A stretch of DNA of 64,000 nt from Camelus ferus. Lineage: Eukaryota. Position 1 is the stretch's first letter. Each line of letters begins with the position of its first letter. This document shows, piece by piece, positions 12,601 to 26,174 of this stretch. The stretch covers positions 25,234,001 to 25,298,000 of the forward strand of contig NC_045720.1 of the NCBI RefSeq assembly GCF_009834535.1. The letters are read 5' to 3'. The notes beneath the pieces are model-generated. The model was not told the DNA's origin. It saw only the letters and a program-made list of their open reading frames with translations, and ran no database searches. The translations under genes were made by a program, and so were the position numbers.

Positions 12601-14861
12601 TTTAGAACTGTTCATCTGAACTGTGGGTTTAATTTTAAGTGGAGATTTGGTTTTAAAGGAAGGTTTGCCAGTTTTCACCCCGTATAAGCACATGCAAATG
12701 CACAAATAAACAGAATCTCAACCATGATTAATCCAGCCCATGTCTCTAGAACTAGGATTTAGATTGAAATGGTCTCCTCACCAGTGTCTTGGAGCAGCTA
12801 TGACATATGACATCTAGAGGGCAGAGTATGGTGGTTTAAAACGGAACAGGATTAAGGACAACCGAGTTCTAGTCCCAGCACTGTTGGCAGGTTGCTTAAC
12901 ATAAAAGTACCACACACCTTAGAGTTTGCCAGGCATCCTAGACAACTCGCACATTTATGACCCCTGTCAATCATTCCATATCTTCTCCTGTCACTCATAA
13001 TGACTGAGGAAACCCAAAGTTCAGAGTAGAACCCCAGGTATACCCCCAGCTGGTAATAATGTAGTGTTCTTCAAGTATATTTCACTACAAGAGTAAGAAT
13101 CAGAGTGACATACCTATGATGACAGTTAGCCTTTATTTATTTAAAACTTCAAAGTGAAGTGGGGTTTTTCTGGTCAGTTTTCAAAAGCGTCTGGCAACTA
13201 CTTTTCATGTTTACAGCATTGCCCAAGGAATTTCATTCTCTTTTTAATGGCTTTGGCTGAAATCAATTATTTGTCTACTCATAATAGAGCACAAAAGATG
13301 CCTGTTAAGCCTTCCCACATGCGTGGGAAATCTTTTGTTCAAAATCAATATATTCCAGTCAGGCTGAAAACATTACATGGAAAATTAACACACATGAAAC
13401 ACCTGAAATATCTTTGTTAATGAAATAACCTTCTGAACAAATGGCAAGGGTCATGTAACACTCATAACTTCCCATCAGGGTGCTCAAAGGGAAAACACTG
13501 GAATGGATTTTATAAAAAATGAATGATCACTTGATTAAACAAAGATTGTATGTAAATCCACTTTCAACTTTTAGTCATTTTTTTTCATTCTCATTTCTCA
13601 GTGCAATATGCATTGAATATATATTCAGTTATATATGTATATGAGTCACTTCACATTAGCGGAGCATTAGAAAATTCATTTAAATACACTAATAAAACTA
13701 AAGTAGAAATATTTAGAATTACATCACATTCCATTGTTCTGCACTGGAAAAAATTACCATAAAATTAGCAATCCACCTGTGGCGTAGCAATCTAATACAT
13801 ATCCACATGGATTTAATCATTTATGTACCTTATGCATTATGTACCTTATGTCAATATTATTTAAAATGTGTATATTTACCTAGAATTATACATAATGGGT
13901 AAAATACTCTCCAGATAATTAAAATGTATCTAAGTAGCAAAATTTAAGAAAATTTTAAAATATTGTGATGGTAAATTTTCTGCAATGTTTTTATCCTCTC
14001 CTCCATTATTCCTCTAAGAGGAGACAATTAAATAAAATCAAAGCTTTTTTTCTAATGATTTAATTCATTGCCATCAGCATGAATTAATTTGCACCATAAT
14101 AACGTACTACCTCTTGAAAAGTATATAATTTGTCCCTTATTTTATATACTGCCCAAACTATTATCATTTCTTTTTTTTGCCTACTTTTTAAAATTTGCTG
14201 TTTTTTCCTTACACACAAAAAAATCTTCTAATTATCAAGTTTTTTGTTGTCCTCAGGCATGATTCTAGAAGATGAACACATACACACATACATATGCCCG
14301 CTCTCACCTCCCCAACTAGCACTTCCTCTAAATTTGTAGCTTCTAGTAAATATTGCATAGGATGAAGGATCAAGTAATTAGACTTCTGAGAATAATACAT
14401 AAAACTAATGAAGTAAATCCTGGTAAGCAATACTTTTAGGGTATAGACATAATTAAATATAATATGGTGCCTCAGGGACCTCTTACTTCTTAATCCTCTG
14501 TTAGCTTTTGAAATTGTGGGCCATCACTGCTTAGCATTTCTGCTGAGAGCTCCCATCTCCCAGAAGATTCTGTTACCTGTCCTCTCTTCTGTCCTCATCT
14601 CAGAATTTTTCTTCTTGTCATTTCTGCCTCCTGTCATTCTTCCCATACTTAGCACTTCCATGAGAAGAGCCTGTATCCATTCATAATTAAGACCTGTGCT
14701 GACCCACCTAAAACCTAGGTGGGACCTTGTCAGCTGACATAAATATTGCTGGAGATTCATTCTGTGACAGATGATGTATTGGGTTTCTATTTGGGTTGAC
14801 TTTATTTCAGAAGCTAGTAACAAGTAGTTAAGATTTTTGGCTTCATAGCTAAAGAGTTCCA

Positions 14862-15070
14862 CTACTTATAAGTTTTGGTGAAGTTAGACAGCATCTCAGA
14901 GCCTCAGTTTTCTCATATTTAAAAAAATATATGGATAAATCCATCTTTTAAGATATTTGTGAGTATGAAGTGAAATGAAGCATATAAAACACACTTGGCA
15001 CAAGAAATTCAGAGTTGAGCACATAGTAAGTATTCAATTAATGCTACTTCATTTTATTATGATCATGATC
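14862..15070 (+). mobile_element. MIR SINE
   Basis: ctcagagcctcagttttctcat core and gcacatagtaagtattcaattaatgcta tail. Confidence 0.75.
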
Positions 15071-17039
15071 TTTATAGTTCCACCAAGATGATAGCTAAGA
15101 TTTTACACATTATCGACAAAATATATACACATAAGAATTTAAGTGAGAGTAAAAGCAATTCTTTTTACAAAAATTATAATTAAAATAATAATGCAACAAA
15201 TAAACAATGTTCAATGTCCCCTTATACCAGAGTTGAGGGGACAATGAGGAAAAGAAATAGTAGATTTTTTAAAAGAAAGCATTTAGCTATTTAACTGAAG
15301 ACTTCAGATATAAAGTATTTGCAAATAGAGTACATTATATGTTTGTTATAGTTTGACATAGCAACTTATGTATGTATTAAATTAGATTAAACCATATGTA
15401 ATTGTCATTTTTGTAGGTTAGAAACAATCATGCTGAGCTATCAACCCACATATATTTAGGTTCATATTCATATGTTTTATGTGAGATAAAGTACCAACTT
15501 TGAAATTTTTAATTTAGAAGCAAAAAACTTTTATGTATTTTTATAGGTATACATATGTGATACGTATTCATGAAATCATTGGTGAGTCTTTTCACCCTCA
15601 CACCCACCCACAAAATATTGAAATATTTAATATTGCCTACAAACCTTCTTTAATTTTGCTACACCTTTGCAATGCAAAGTATTACGTTCTTCCACTTCTA
15701 AAAGTCCTTTCAAATCAATTAGGATATGAGGAATGTCTTTAAATGGCCTTTCCACAGAATACCTACACACCTGGCTAAAGAGTAGAGACTAATCAGTCAG
15801 TTGTTTGCTTGTTTGCACTTCGTCAGATATACCATTTTATCATTCATATGTTCAGTTACCTTCAGTGACCTATTGTTTTGAAAACCAAGGGTTAGGATCA
15901 ATTCCTAGTACTATGACCTCCCTAATTCTGACAGCCCGAAACGTACCACAAGGATTATCCTTAAATCAATAACCTGATCTACATACGTTCTGATGTTTGC
16001 TAAATACTGGAGAGATATGAACAATTAGCCACATCTAAGATTTAAAAAGAAATATTGAAGAATTGACCCCTTTATAACAAATTACTAGGGGAAAAATGTA
16101 GGATCAAGGGCTCTGACTTTTTATGTTGCTTCTGATAGCAAGGCTAATTACCTTCTGTGTTCTCTACCAGGTTTTCTAAGACTTAGAATTACCAACTCCA
16201 CATTCCAGGAAGTTTTCTTTTGAGGGTTCATCTGAACTGAAGTGACCCTCTGCCTCAGCTTTCATGGCTCTTCCCTGAAGTCCTAGAGGCAGATACACCA
16301 TCTGGCTTGAAATTGGTTGGGCAGGTGAAGGGGAGGGCCAGATAAAGGTAACAGCTGCTGGAGTCAGCGTCTCAGGTTGCTTGCTGACTGAATGTTGGCT
16401 GGTGAAAGACAGACATGCACCTGCTTGGGTCCCTGTTCTTTCCTTTAGATCACAAAGATTTGTTTGTACAGATAAGGTAAAATGAAAAGAATGAATAATG
16501 ACTCCTTCCTAAGACTTTCGAATTCATTTACTGACATTGGTGTGGGTAAAGCCTTTGAACTGACATACCAAGCTCTTAAAGTTTAGTTCAGATAAGCTTT
16601 TTCTTACATGTTTTATTCATTCAGGTGTTAATTTCTTCTGAATAGCTTTCCTCAAGTCTACCTGTCGGAAATAACGTGTTCTCTGTACATACTCCCAATG
16701 CACTTGACACATACCTCCAAGATAACAATTGTGTGCATTTTCTCTGTTTGGTATTATATTTAAATTGGTAACATTAGATCGAGAAGCTGTTTCTAGCCAT
16801 CTTGTGACCAAGTAGAGCCAAAAACAAGTGAGTAAAGAAAAAGATAAACCAATTCCTAATCACACTGCATGAAACCTAATTATGTTTAACCTAAAGCTCT
16901 ATCCTAGATTATTCAATTACATGATTCAATAACGTATCTTTTTGCTTAAGCCAGCTTGAGTTAGGCTTTTCTCTATCATGGAAAATACTAATCTGGATAT
17001 AGCTATCCTGAACTATCATGGAAGACCTACTAATGAGAT

Positions 17040-17170
17040 AGATCTTTCTCCTGTCAGACTGTGATCACATTCAGGGCAGGTTGTGATTTTCTTACATCTA
17101 TATCACCATTGCCTAGAAAAGTTCATGCAAATAGAGGACATTTAGTCAATATTTATTGAATTGGTTAATA
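17040..17170 (+). mobile_element. L2 3' end
   Basis: gactgtgatcacattcagggcagg...attgcctag...tcaatatttattgaattg. Confidence 0.6.
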
Positions 17171-17279
17171 TGGGATTAAACTAAGAGAGGACAGGAGGCT
17201 GTCTTTTTAATTGAGAGACCAATTAAAAAGCCTCAGTCTAGTTGTCTTATATTTAGCCTTTTATTAATTTTTAACAATG

Positions 17280-17860
17280 ACAACTGAGGGAGATTAGTGG
17301 GATCAGTAAGAGAAAAGGAGAACATAAGTTTTGGAACGAAAGACTAGGTAACGTTAAATGAAATTTGGGGTAGCATGGGGAACTGCTCAAAAGACAAATA
17401 GAAATATGGATCCGGAGGTCAAGAGAGAAGCAAACACACAGTGTCAAAAATGCCTCTATCTTAGGAATCATCTGTGTAGAAGTTTGAAGCCATGGAAGAT
17501 AGTTTGTGAAAAAAGCAGATAAAAAAGAAATAGAGATCCAAGAATAGAATATTGATTGGTGAACATCTATTGGTAGGTGAGGAGAGGAACAGAATCCAGT
17601 GAAGAGAGAAGAGAAAGGTCAATTAGAGAGGTAGAAAAGGGACTAAGAGAGCTCAACACAAAAGGCAAGGACAAGATAGGCAAGGATACTTCTGTAGAGG
17701 AAGAAGGAGGAGGAGACATTTTAAATGGCTTTGATCTTCATAGTAAACCATTAAACAAGGTCATATATAAAGAGTGAGAGAAGACAGGAGTGAGATTTAG
17801 TCTTGAAAAAAAGTAGAAGGATTTGAAATACACTTTTCAGGAAATGTAATAAAAGGCCTA
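17280..17860 (-). mobile_element. L2 body fragment
   Basis: Purine-rich antisense L2-type sequence (gaaatatggatccggaggtcaagagagaag, gaagccatggaagatag). Confidence 0.5.
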
Positions 17861-20800
17861 TTAGAAATGATCAAGGGTTTGAGCAGCACAGAGAATACAG
17901 CTGAGTTTAGAAAACATGTATTTGAATGGCAAGAAATAGCCTCACCTTAGTGTTTGCAATCAGAAGTGGGGGTGAGAAAGTAAATAAACATCCTTCCTTG
18001 GGTCACAACTTACCCATAGAAGGAGTTAGTGTATGAAATGACAGTGGATGGAGGACACTATTAATTTTATCTGAACTGTTCTTTAATGCCTGACTCTCAG
18101 ACTGAAGCTAGGAAGAAAGAAAAAGGAGGCTAGGAAGAGGCTGATAGTAATAGTGGGAATCAAGACTCTCAATTAGAAGAAAGACAAACTCATTAAGAAT
18201 TAAAGAATGGGAGAGGAAAAAATAAGAGTATGTGAACAAAGAAGGAACTTTTAGATGTAAAGATCATTTTTTAAAAATTCACGCTTTAAAACCAATGTAT
18301 TATTATAACAAGTTAAACCACTTTTACAGGTAGATAAAACACCTCTATCAAGTATCCAGATTGCTTCTCCCTGCTCTGTCCAGTTGATGCTTCTTATATC
18401 TTCTTCCATCAGGTTTTCTGTATCTGTCTCTTATTTATCTTACATTCCTCCAGGCATTATCTTCCATCTTAATGAATCTCAAGACCTACAAAAATTTATC
18501 CTTAGTTCAAACACGTGGAATGTTCAGTAAATTCATCTTTGTTACTGTCTTTCTATGTTTTAAAATGTTTATTATATGTCTAGTTTTATAATATATAATC
18601 ATAACACTGAATTTCAGAATTCTCCAGTACTTAACAAAGAAAATAGGCATTCAAACTGAAGTTATGAGAGTAAAATCCCTGCAATCAACATATTGATATA
18701 TACATCATATATTATTTCATGTGAAACAATATTTAATTCTTAATTATTCAGATAAAGCTTACAGTTTATAGCACGATTAAATTACCTGGGGCTTAAACAA
18801 CAATGGTAAGACCTCATATAGTCAGTGAACAAACTAAGTCAATTAGCCAGCTTTGACAAGGAGAGACCACTTCATTATTGAAAATGTGTGTGAAATAGCT
18901 TCTCTCTTCCCTCACAACAGCCCCTTCATCCACATCATCCTGAAGAGGAAAAGAAAAGCAGAAGGGAAGTGGCAGAGAAGTAGGAAGGGGAATGTATCCT
19001 CCTCACATAACTAAATAAGGGAAGGCAGGAAGTGGTATATTTCATGAGAAGCATTTTCTCCTTAGATAAATGATTTTCTCCATGTTTTACCCAAAAAAGA
19101 AAAATGGGTTTACTGAATTCCTCTTGACCACATTTTCCTGTGTTGTTTATCCTCTCAAGGGATCATAAGTTTTATTTAGTATTTCTTTACATCTCCTGTT
19201 TTGTATCTAATTTGGTTATTTTAAACTTTTTAACAGAAGAGCAAGCATTTAGAATTTAGGAAGGTTTTGTTTTAGAAAACTAACAGTCCATTAGCTTAAA
19301 TAAGCAAGCATAAGTGAAATGCACTGATGTTTTTGAAAAAAAAAAAAGACATTTATATAATCCACTGACATGCCCAATGCCATTAAAAATGGCTTTTGAG
19401 TATTTATACATTCATTTTAATGGCTATTTGTATACATTCTGTGCAATGCTTCATCACTATCATATGAACTGTTAGTCCTCTGATTACTTATTTTGTGTTA
19501 ATATTGCAATTGTGATGGTGGTGTTTACAGGTAGTTATTACTATAAGTAGGCAAAACCATTAATGCAAACATGAACTGTGTAGAAAGCCATAATGCTATT
19601 AAATGTTATAATTCTTTATTTCTATTATAGCAGTGTATTTGACATGAATATTTCATTTGCTTGAAAAATTATTTTTGAAAATTTGAAATATTTATATTAA
19701 GAAAGTCATTTTTTCCACAAAGATTAGACTGTTTATTTTTAATTACCTATAAATTAGTAATATCATGCATCTTAAATTTAAATCTGGCTAGTATTTTAGA
19801 TTGTTAGGGCATTTAAAATCAATTTAGAAGCATTGATTTGTAGTGTACCTAGATAATATTATTTTAAAAGACCATTGTGACTCAGAGTGATTGAAAGCAG
19901 ATAGTTATTAAATAACTAGAGACTTTTAAGGCCAAGTTTATAAAATATTATTACTCTTAATTTAAGAAAAAAGCTAATGAGTCTAATTGCTAACATAATA
20001 TATATTCATTAGAAAATACTAAATCATAAATATTTTATAAATACATCACCTGTATCTTTACCTAAGAACTACTAAATATGAGTCATTTTTATATTTTGAT
20101 CTCATTAATAAGAACTTAATAATGAATGAAATTCAGTGAAGGAAATAAAATTTCTCCCAGTAGAGACTGTCTCCAATTAAATTTCTTTTTTCACTTCACT
20201 TCTAGCCTTCACTGAGCTCTTCTATCTGTATGACTTAATTTCAGATCTCACTCATTTTTGTTTTTCTATTTGTGTGTCATCTTCCTCATAGTTTAACTTC
20301 AGGGCATTAAATAAAAAACAAAGTTCACTTTCCTTTTTGTTCTAGATAGTTAAATTGGATCAGAGAGTTCTTTCAACTTTATAATTACTTTGAGTTTTTT
20401 TTTTTTTAAAGTTTCTAGGAGCTCTTCAATATAAAACCACAGAAAAACAGTGCAATCTTAAATCTCCATATTATATTTTTATGTCTGAATTCATCTTTTT
20501 CTCTTCCTCATCCAAAAATATTTTAGCACTTTTTTCAAACTTTCCTATGAAATATAGGTTAGAACGTTTTAGAAATTTTGCGGAAACACTGACATCGTTG
20601 TTAACAATTGGAGGTATTACATGCTCAGGTCATTTGTCCCTTGAGTTGATGTTCTGGAAGTTATAAAGGAAAAACAAAATTTAAGAAATTAAACAAAATA
20701 TTAAAAGTATTCAATTATAAATTGATTTACATATTTTTCCTATAGTTTTGTTATTCTGTGTCACCTCAAATTCTAGTAGTTTTTATGACTGATTTTTCAG

Positions 20801-20879
20801 TAAATGCAGTATTGACATTTGTTTGGAGGAAATGAAAACTTGCTTAGGAATACTTGTAGTCCATTTGGGAACTAATGGT

Positions 20880-21091
20880 NNNNNNNNNNNNNNNNNNNNN
20901 NNNNNNNNNNNNNNNNNNNNNNNNNNNNNNNNNNNNNNNNNNNNNNNNNNNNNNNNNNNNNNNNNNNNNNNNNNNNNNNNNNNNNNNNNNNNNNNNNNNN
21001 NNNNNNNNNNNNNNNNNNNNNNNNNNNNNNNNNNNNNNNNNNNNNNNNNNNNNNNNNNNNNNNNNNNNNNNNNNNNNNNNNNNNNNNNNNN
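20880..21091. other. Assembly gap (212 N), probable location of ANGPT1 exon 5
   Basis: The N run is directly visible. Exon 5 is not found in called sequence between exons 4 and 6, and a CTAAT branch-point-like motif lies at 20872-20876 just before the gap. Confidence 0.8.
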
Positions 21092-21669
21092 CAGATCCTA
21101 GTTGAATTGCTGAATAATCAGATTGATTTGTGAGCTTGTTAAACTGAAAATATATATGCCTCAGCTCTTTTCTCCCAAAGATATGCTGTTTCCCAGGTCC
21201 ATAAAAGATGAAAACCCTATTATACAGGCCTCTACCAAACCCTACACCTCCCATCTTTATTTCACACAAAGTTTTCTATTTATTCTCTGCTCATCCCTGG
21301 GATGTTCCATTGCTCATATGTGCTTGCCTTGTACAGATTACACGTCGAAGTCACATGTACTTCAAGTGCACGGGGAAGAGTTAGGAACTGTCTTCCAAAG
21401 TCCCAAGGACCCAGATGGAACACATCACCTACAGTCCAAATATTGTGAAGAGAGAGCTAGAGACATGTTTCCAGAATCACTGCTCCCATTAGGGTAGAGA
21501 AACAAATTCTATCTTAACTTGTAATCTTGAAAGGATTTGCTTTTCATATTTACCTAAAAGAGTGTGTTGGAGGATAGGATTCATCAGTATATTGAACAGG
21601 ATCCAAAGTAAACTTTGAAGTAAAGAAACACAATCTTTTTACTGTCACATCTCTTTTGTATATTCTTTC

Positions 21670-21890
21670 TCCCTATTTATTCATTAGATCATCCATCCAT
21701 TCCTTCATTCAATACATATTAAGTGTATGTCATTTATTTGTCAGTTACTGACCATGGCCATAATATAGAACAAACAGTTCCCAGTGTAGTGGTGAAAACA
21801 GATAATTACACAGCTAATTATAGCATACTGTAGAAGTGTAGTCTAGACACTGTTTGAAGCAGGATTCATGGGGAGCTTTGAGGAAAGTCC
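21670..21890 (-). mobile_element. L2 3' end
   Basis: catccatccattccttcattcaatacatattaagtg terminus. Confidence 0.5.
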
Positions 21891-21999
21891 AGTCTTAACT
21901 CTTCAGCATGTAAAAAGCTTTAGCTAGATTCTCAAGACCCCAAGAGGACAGCCTGCCCTTGCAGTGCTTTATCCTCAAGGGATGGAGCAATTTTTCTTC

Positions 22000-22231
22000 A
22001 TTCTTTTTCCCACCTAAATTACCAATCCTGTGTCCCCATTTCCTCTGTGTACTGTGCAAATGCTCTTGGAAGGCTTTCCCTGATTTCCTCAAGCAACTCT
22101 GCATGACTTTCTCACTGCCAGAGTTCTATGAGGCAAGGTTTTTACCTTTTCATCTTTGATTTCCCAGAATAGTTTCTGGCACATAGTAGGTCCTCAGTAA
22201 ATATGTGCTGAAATAAATGAGTGAATAAATG
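22000..22231 (+). mobile_element. L2a 3' end
   Basis: tttctggcacatagtaggtcctcagtaaatatgtgctgaaataaatgagtgaataaatga. Confidence 0.75.
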
Positions 22232-23529
22232 ACCTTCTGATGATAATATCAAGACTTTTGTGTGGTATGTAGTTACCAAGCCTAACTTAGTCATTTTGAT
22301 TGTTAGTTTCCTTTGACGGGTAAGGGAAATGAATCTTGGAGACTAGTTGCCAAATATCCCATAGTGGTCAAGAGGGAGAGTCTAGATTCTACCAGCATCC
22401 TCTCTGCTGATTTCTATGAGGATTAATGATTTAAGTTAGCTCAGTGTTTTTTCCCTTTTCTGGACAAAAATCTTCTTCTGAAAACAGGCCTTCCATGCTG
22501 TCCTATAACAGGGGAGAGGAATGGAGAAAGCGCAGAGGGTAAAAGAGGTGGCAGGCACAGTTAAGTACATTGCTCCCAGAGAAGTTTTATTTCACTGTAT
22601 TTCATTTTGGGCTTCTGTGCAGAAATTCACTAAATCAAGTGTTTCATGGCTTTAAGAAAAAGCTGTGAAGGTACAATAGTAAGTTTAGGAGTAAAGAGGA
22701 AAGGATAATTTATTGTAAAAAGGAGCCTTTTGAATCCTTTGGATCGCATGACACAAAGCCTTCCTACTCTGCTTGCTGATTTCTTAAAATCATGGGTAAG
22801 CTTAAATTCAGTTCATATACACGCACAGGCATGTATGTGCACCCACACACTGACACACCATACAGATAGCATGTAAAGTGTGTCAGAAACTGTCGTAGGG
22901 GAGAAGAATGGAGCTAGCATAAATACTCTGTGTAGTTTACCTATAGTGTTGCCCAAGACCTGAAAGAAACCTTAATGATTGTCACTTCCCATCTAACATA
23001 AATTGACTATGAAAATAAAGTTAACTGAAAATATTAAGCAATCCTCCTTTTAGGAAAAAAAAAATAGTTCCCTGAGCAGATTGGCAGTAGTATCAATACA
23101 GGCCTGTAAGGGGCAATTTTTATCACTATAGAAATAGCCCTGTGTCTCTTCCAAAGGAAGGAGGAGAAATTCACATGTCACTTGGTCAAGATTATCATTG
23201 GATTTAGTTTAATTGGAAACAGTAACAGAGCATGGTAAGAGGGCGAGATAACTGACGATAAGGAAGAAAGACTTTGGCCTTCCTCTTGACTTAAGTGTCC
23301 ATCCCCTTGTTTTATTCTTTTTGATCGCAATTCTTTTGGTCTCTTTTATGATCACAATCCTCTCACAAATAGTAGTATTTTTCTGTTGTGGAGATGGATA
23401 CTTCAGGCTGATATACCTACACTTTCTGGTAGGCAGCAAATTTTGTTTAAAATCCCTTATTATGTTCATATAGCTCAGCATTAGTAAGAACAAATATTGT
23501 GTGAAGTTCCCTGATGTAATTTAGAAACT

Positions 23530-23745
23530 GATTAATATAATAATTCAAATATATTGTGCATTTGCCAGGTTCTATTCTAAGCACTTTAGATTTATATACT
23601 CACTTATTTACTTCCAATAATTCTACGAGCTAGCTGCTCTCATTTATCCCTACTTTAGAAAAAATAACTTCCCCAAGTCACATACTAAATATTGAATACA
23701 GGCTTTGTAATAAAAGAATCAACTCCAGACCATACGATCTTAACA
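23530..23745 (-). mobile_element. MIR SINE
   Basis: tgccaggttctattctaagcacttt and aacttccccaagtcatac. Confidence 0.6.
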
Positions 23746-25394
23746 GGGGGCTAAATAGGATAATTACTTATATTAGTGGTGACTGAAGCTGCCCCACTCA
23801 AAATTTTTTATGGGAACCTATGTGAGTGACAAGGGTAGGAGTTTATTGTCAGAAAACTATATTCTGATTATAAGCCATCTCTCTTCCTTTTGCTCTGTAA
23901 TCTCATTCTCTTCTTATTTTGATATAAATCATTGATGTCCTCTCAATTCTATAAAATGTGCTTGTAAAATGCATCTTTAGGACTTTCACCTGTACAAGTA
24001 GATTGTGCTTTGTAGATATAAGGTTGGGTGCTAGTTGTGGATATGCTTAGCAAAAACTTTGCTACTTTAATGCTTGCAGAAGTTCTAGCAAGGGTAAGAA
24101 ACTCAAGTCAAGCCTATATAAAAAACAAAGCCACATTCAATTATGTATGATAAAAGATATGGATCAGTCAATAAAAGTGGTCTACTAGGCAATTAACAAA
24201 AACTATTGATAAGAGTATTAATTTTAGGCAGAGTGAGAGTTGCAAGTATACACAATTGTTATATAGTTATTGTTTTGACTGACATTGTTCTCTGCCAAGA
24301 AAGAATGTCTGCTAAAGTTAGAAAAGTATTTTCCTTTCAAATGTGACATGGAAGCCAAGGGCAGTTTTGTACAATTAAATTTTTTCAAGTAGATAGAAAA
24401 TGAGAATGAGATCATTTATATATTTATTTTTTACTTTTGATATTATTAATGGCTTGTGTCATTTTCCTCTGTGAATTCCCTTCAACACATGGTAGTAGGA
24501 AATAGGATTCTTCCTTTTATTTCATGAGTTTCTAAAACTAAATGCACTATAGCCAGCTTAGTTTTATTCAATAAAACAAACCATTAAATCATAGCTCTGA
24601 TTGTTGTAAAATATTTTTAAAATTGTTTCTGAATTCATAATTTCCCTAATTCTTGGAAAAGGACTGTAACAAATGTGTTGAGTCTTTTTTCTTAAGGTTA
24701 TGGAAAAATAATTAACATCCACAAGGTTAATGATTCCAACTTGTATGGAACATAAAAGCATAAGAACTATGTGAATCAAATTTCCCCTTTTTGTTTGTGT
24801 TTAAATCGTTGTATTATGTTAAAAGGTATTTAATGCTTGAAAGCTTTGACCCTGACTGGGACAGGAGCCAGTTCAATCTTTTCTTGGATAGAGTTAAGCC
24901 CAGGTCATATGATCAATAAATGCAACAGAAATAGTAAATGTAGCAGGGCCAAGTCTACAGGAAGGATGCCGCAAGATAGCACAGACCACATCATTTTGGT
25001 GAAGGAACTTTTCAAGTCCTTTCATGTTGCAAATCTTTCGAAACCAACTACCTATTTTCTTGAATTTCCTTCATCTGTTAAGCGTAGGCTTTTATTATTC
25101 TTCTGACTAGAAATAACATGGTCTTTTTGTGTATGTGCTTGCATGAATCCAACTTCATTTATATATATGCACATATGTATATATGCATACAATAAAAAGT
25201 AGCATGGTCAAAGATTAGTGATGCCAATACTATTAACAAGAAGCTGGTAATTGTAATCATAAGGACAGCTTACTTCTATATATTTTGGCTTTGTACATTC
25301 CATACTTTTCATAATAAATTATAAATAATAAATTAGATGAAATATTACATATAATACCTTACTATTATATACCTAGAGTATATAATGCATAATA

Positions 25395-25570
25395 TAAATA
25401 CATAATGACAGTAATGACAAAGCGTATTTTGTGCCAAACACTATTCTAAAAACTCTATATGCATTGACTCATTTAATCTTTGCAAGAGATCTAAGAGATA
25501 GAGAGATCAGAGGTGGGACTTGAACACAGGTAATCTAGCACCCAAGTCCATGCCCCTAATCAATGTGCCA
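25395..25570 (-). mobile_element. MIR SINE, internally deleted
   Basis: tgtgccaaacactattctaa, actcatttaatctt, gggacttgaacacagg. Confidence 0.65.
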
Positions 25571-26174
25571 TTCACCTCTATTGTGTCCATATTCTACAAA
25601 TGGCGACTATAATCATTGCTGTTAGTATTGAGTCCTAATAAGAATTGTGGAACATAGATATAACCTCTTTTCTACCCTCAGCTTCCAGTGCAGTAATCTG
25701 CCTCAGTAGCTTCTATAGATTCCCCATGTAGTTCTGACTTTATCTAAGAAGTACGTCCAACACATCTTAATATTTTCAAGTCACTGGATAACTTTGTTTA
25801 AGAGGAAAGTTGTCTTTTTTCTAAAATTTGTGAGTAATTTCAAAATGTTAACAAGTGCATAGAATTTTAATAGCAGGTAATAGTAATAAAAAACTATAAC
25901 AAATAGTTTTCTCTACACACTCTGTATTTATAAATATTATTATTCCTTTCCCTGAGTGTGTAAGTGGATTTTATAGGTTTGGAAACACAGTATGACAAAC
26001 TTCCAGGTGGTCAATATCCATTAGAAAATTAACATCTGGAAAAAAATTCTAGATTAACTAGTCAAGGTAGGGTAAAATTTAGTTAAAAAAAAAAAACAAG
26101 TGATATCAGTTTCCCCTAACAAAATATTTCCTTGACATTTTCACTTACTCTTATCTATTTTACCAGTAAAATTC

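Noticed and set aside
13821-13850. Short tandem duplications (16-bp period here; 10 bp at 32570; 12 bp at 53828)
   Set aside because: Two-copy slippage events expected in 64 kb of AT-rich intron.
19480-20120. Very AT-rich stretch as a matrix-attachment region
   Set aside because: Composition alone is not diagnostic in an AT-rich locus.
20823-21269. ORFs of 76-141 aa spanning the first gap
   Set aside because: Artefacts of N runs suppressing stop codons.
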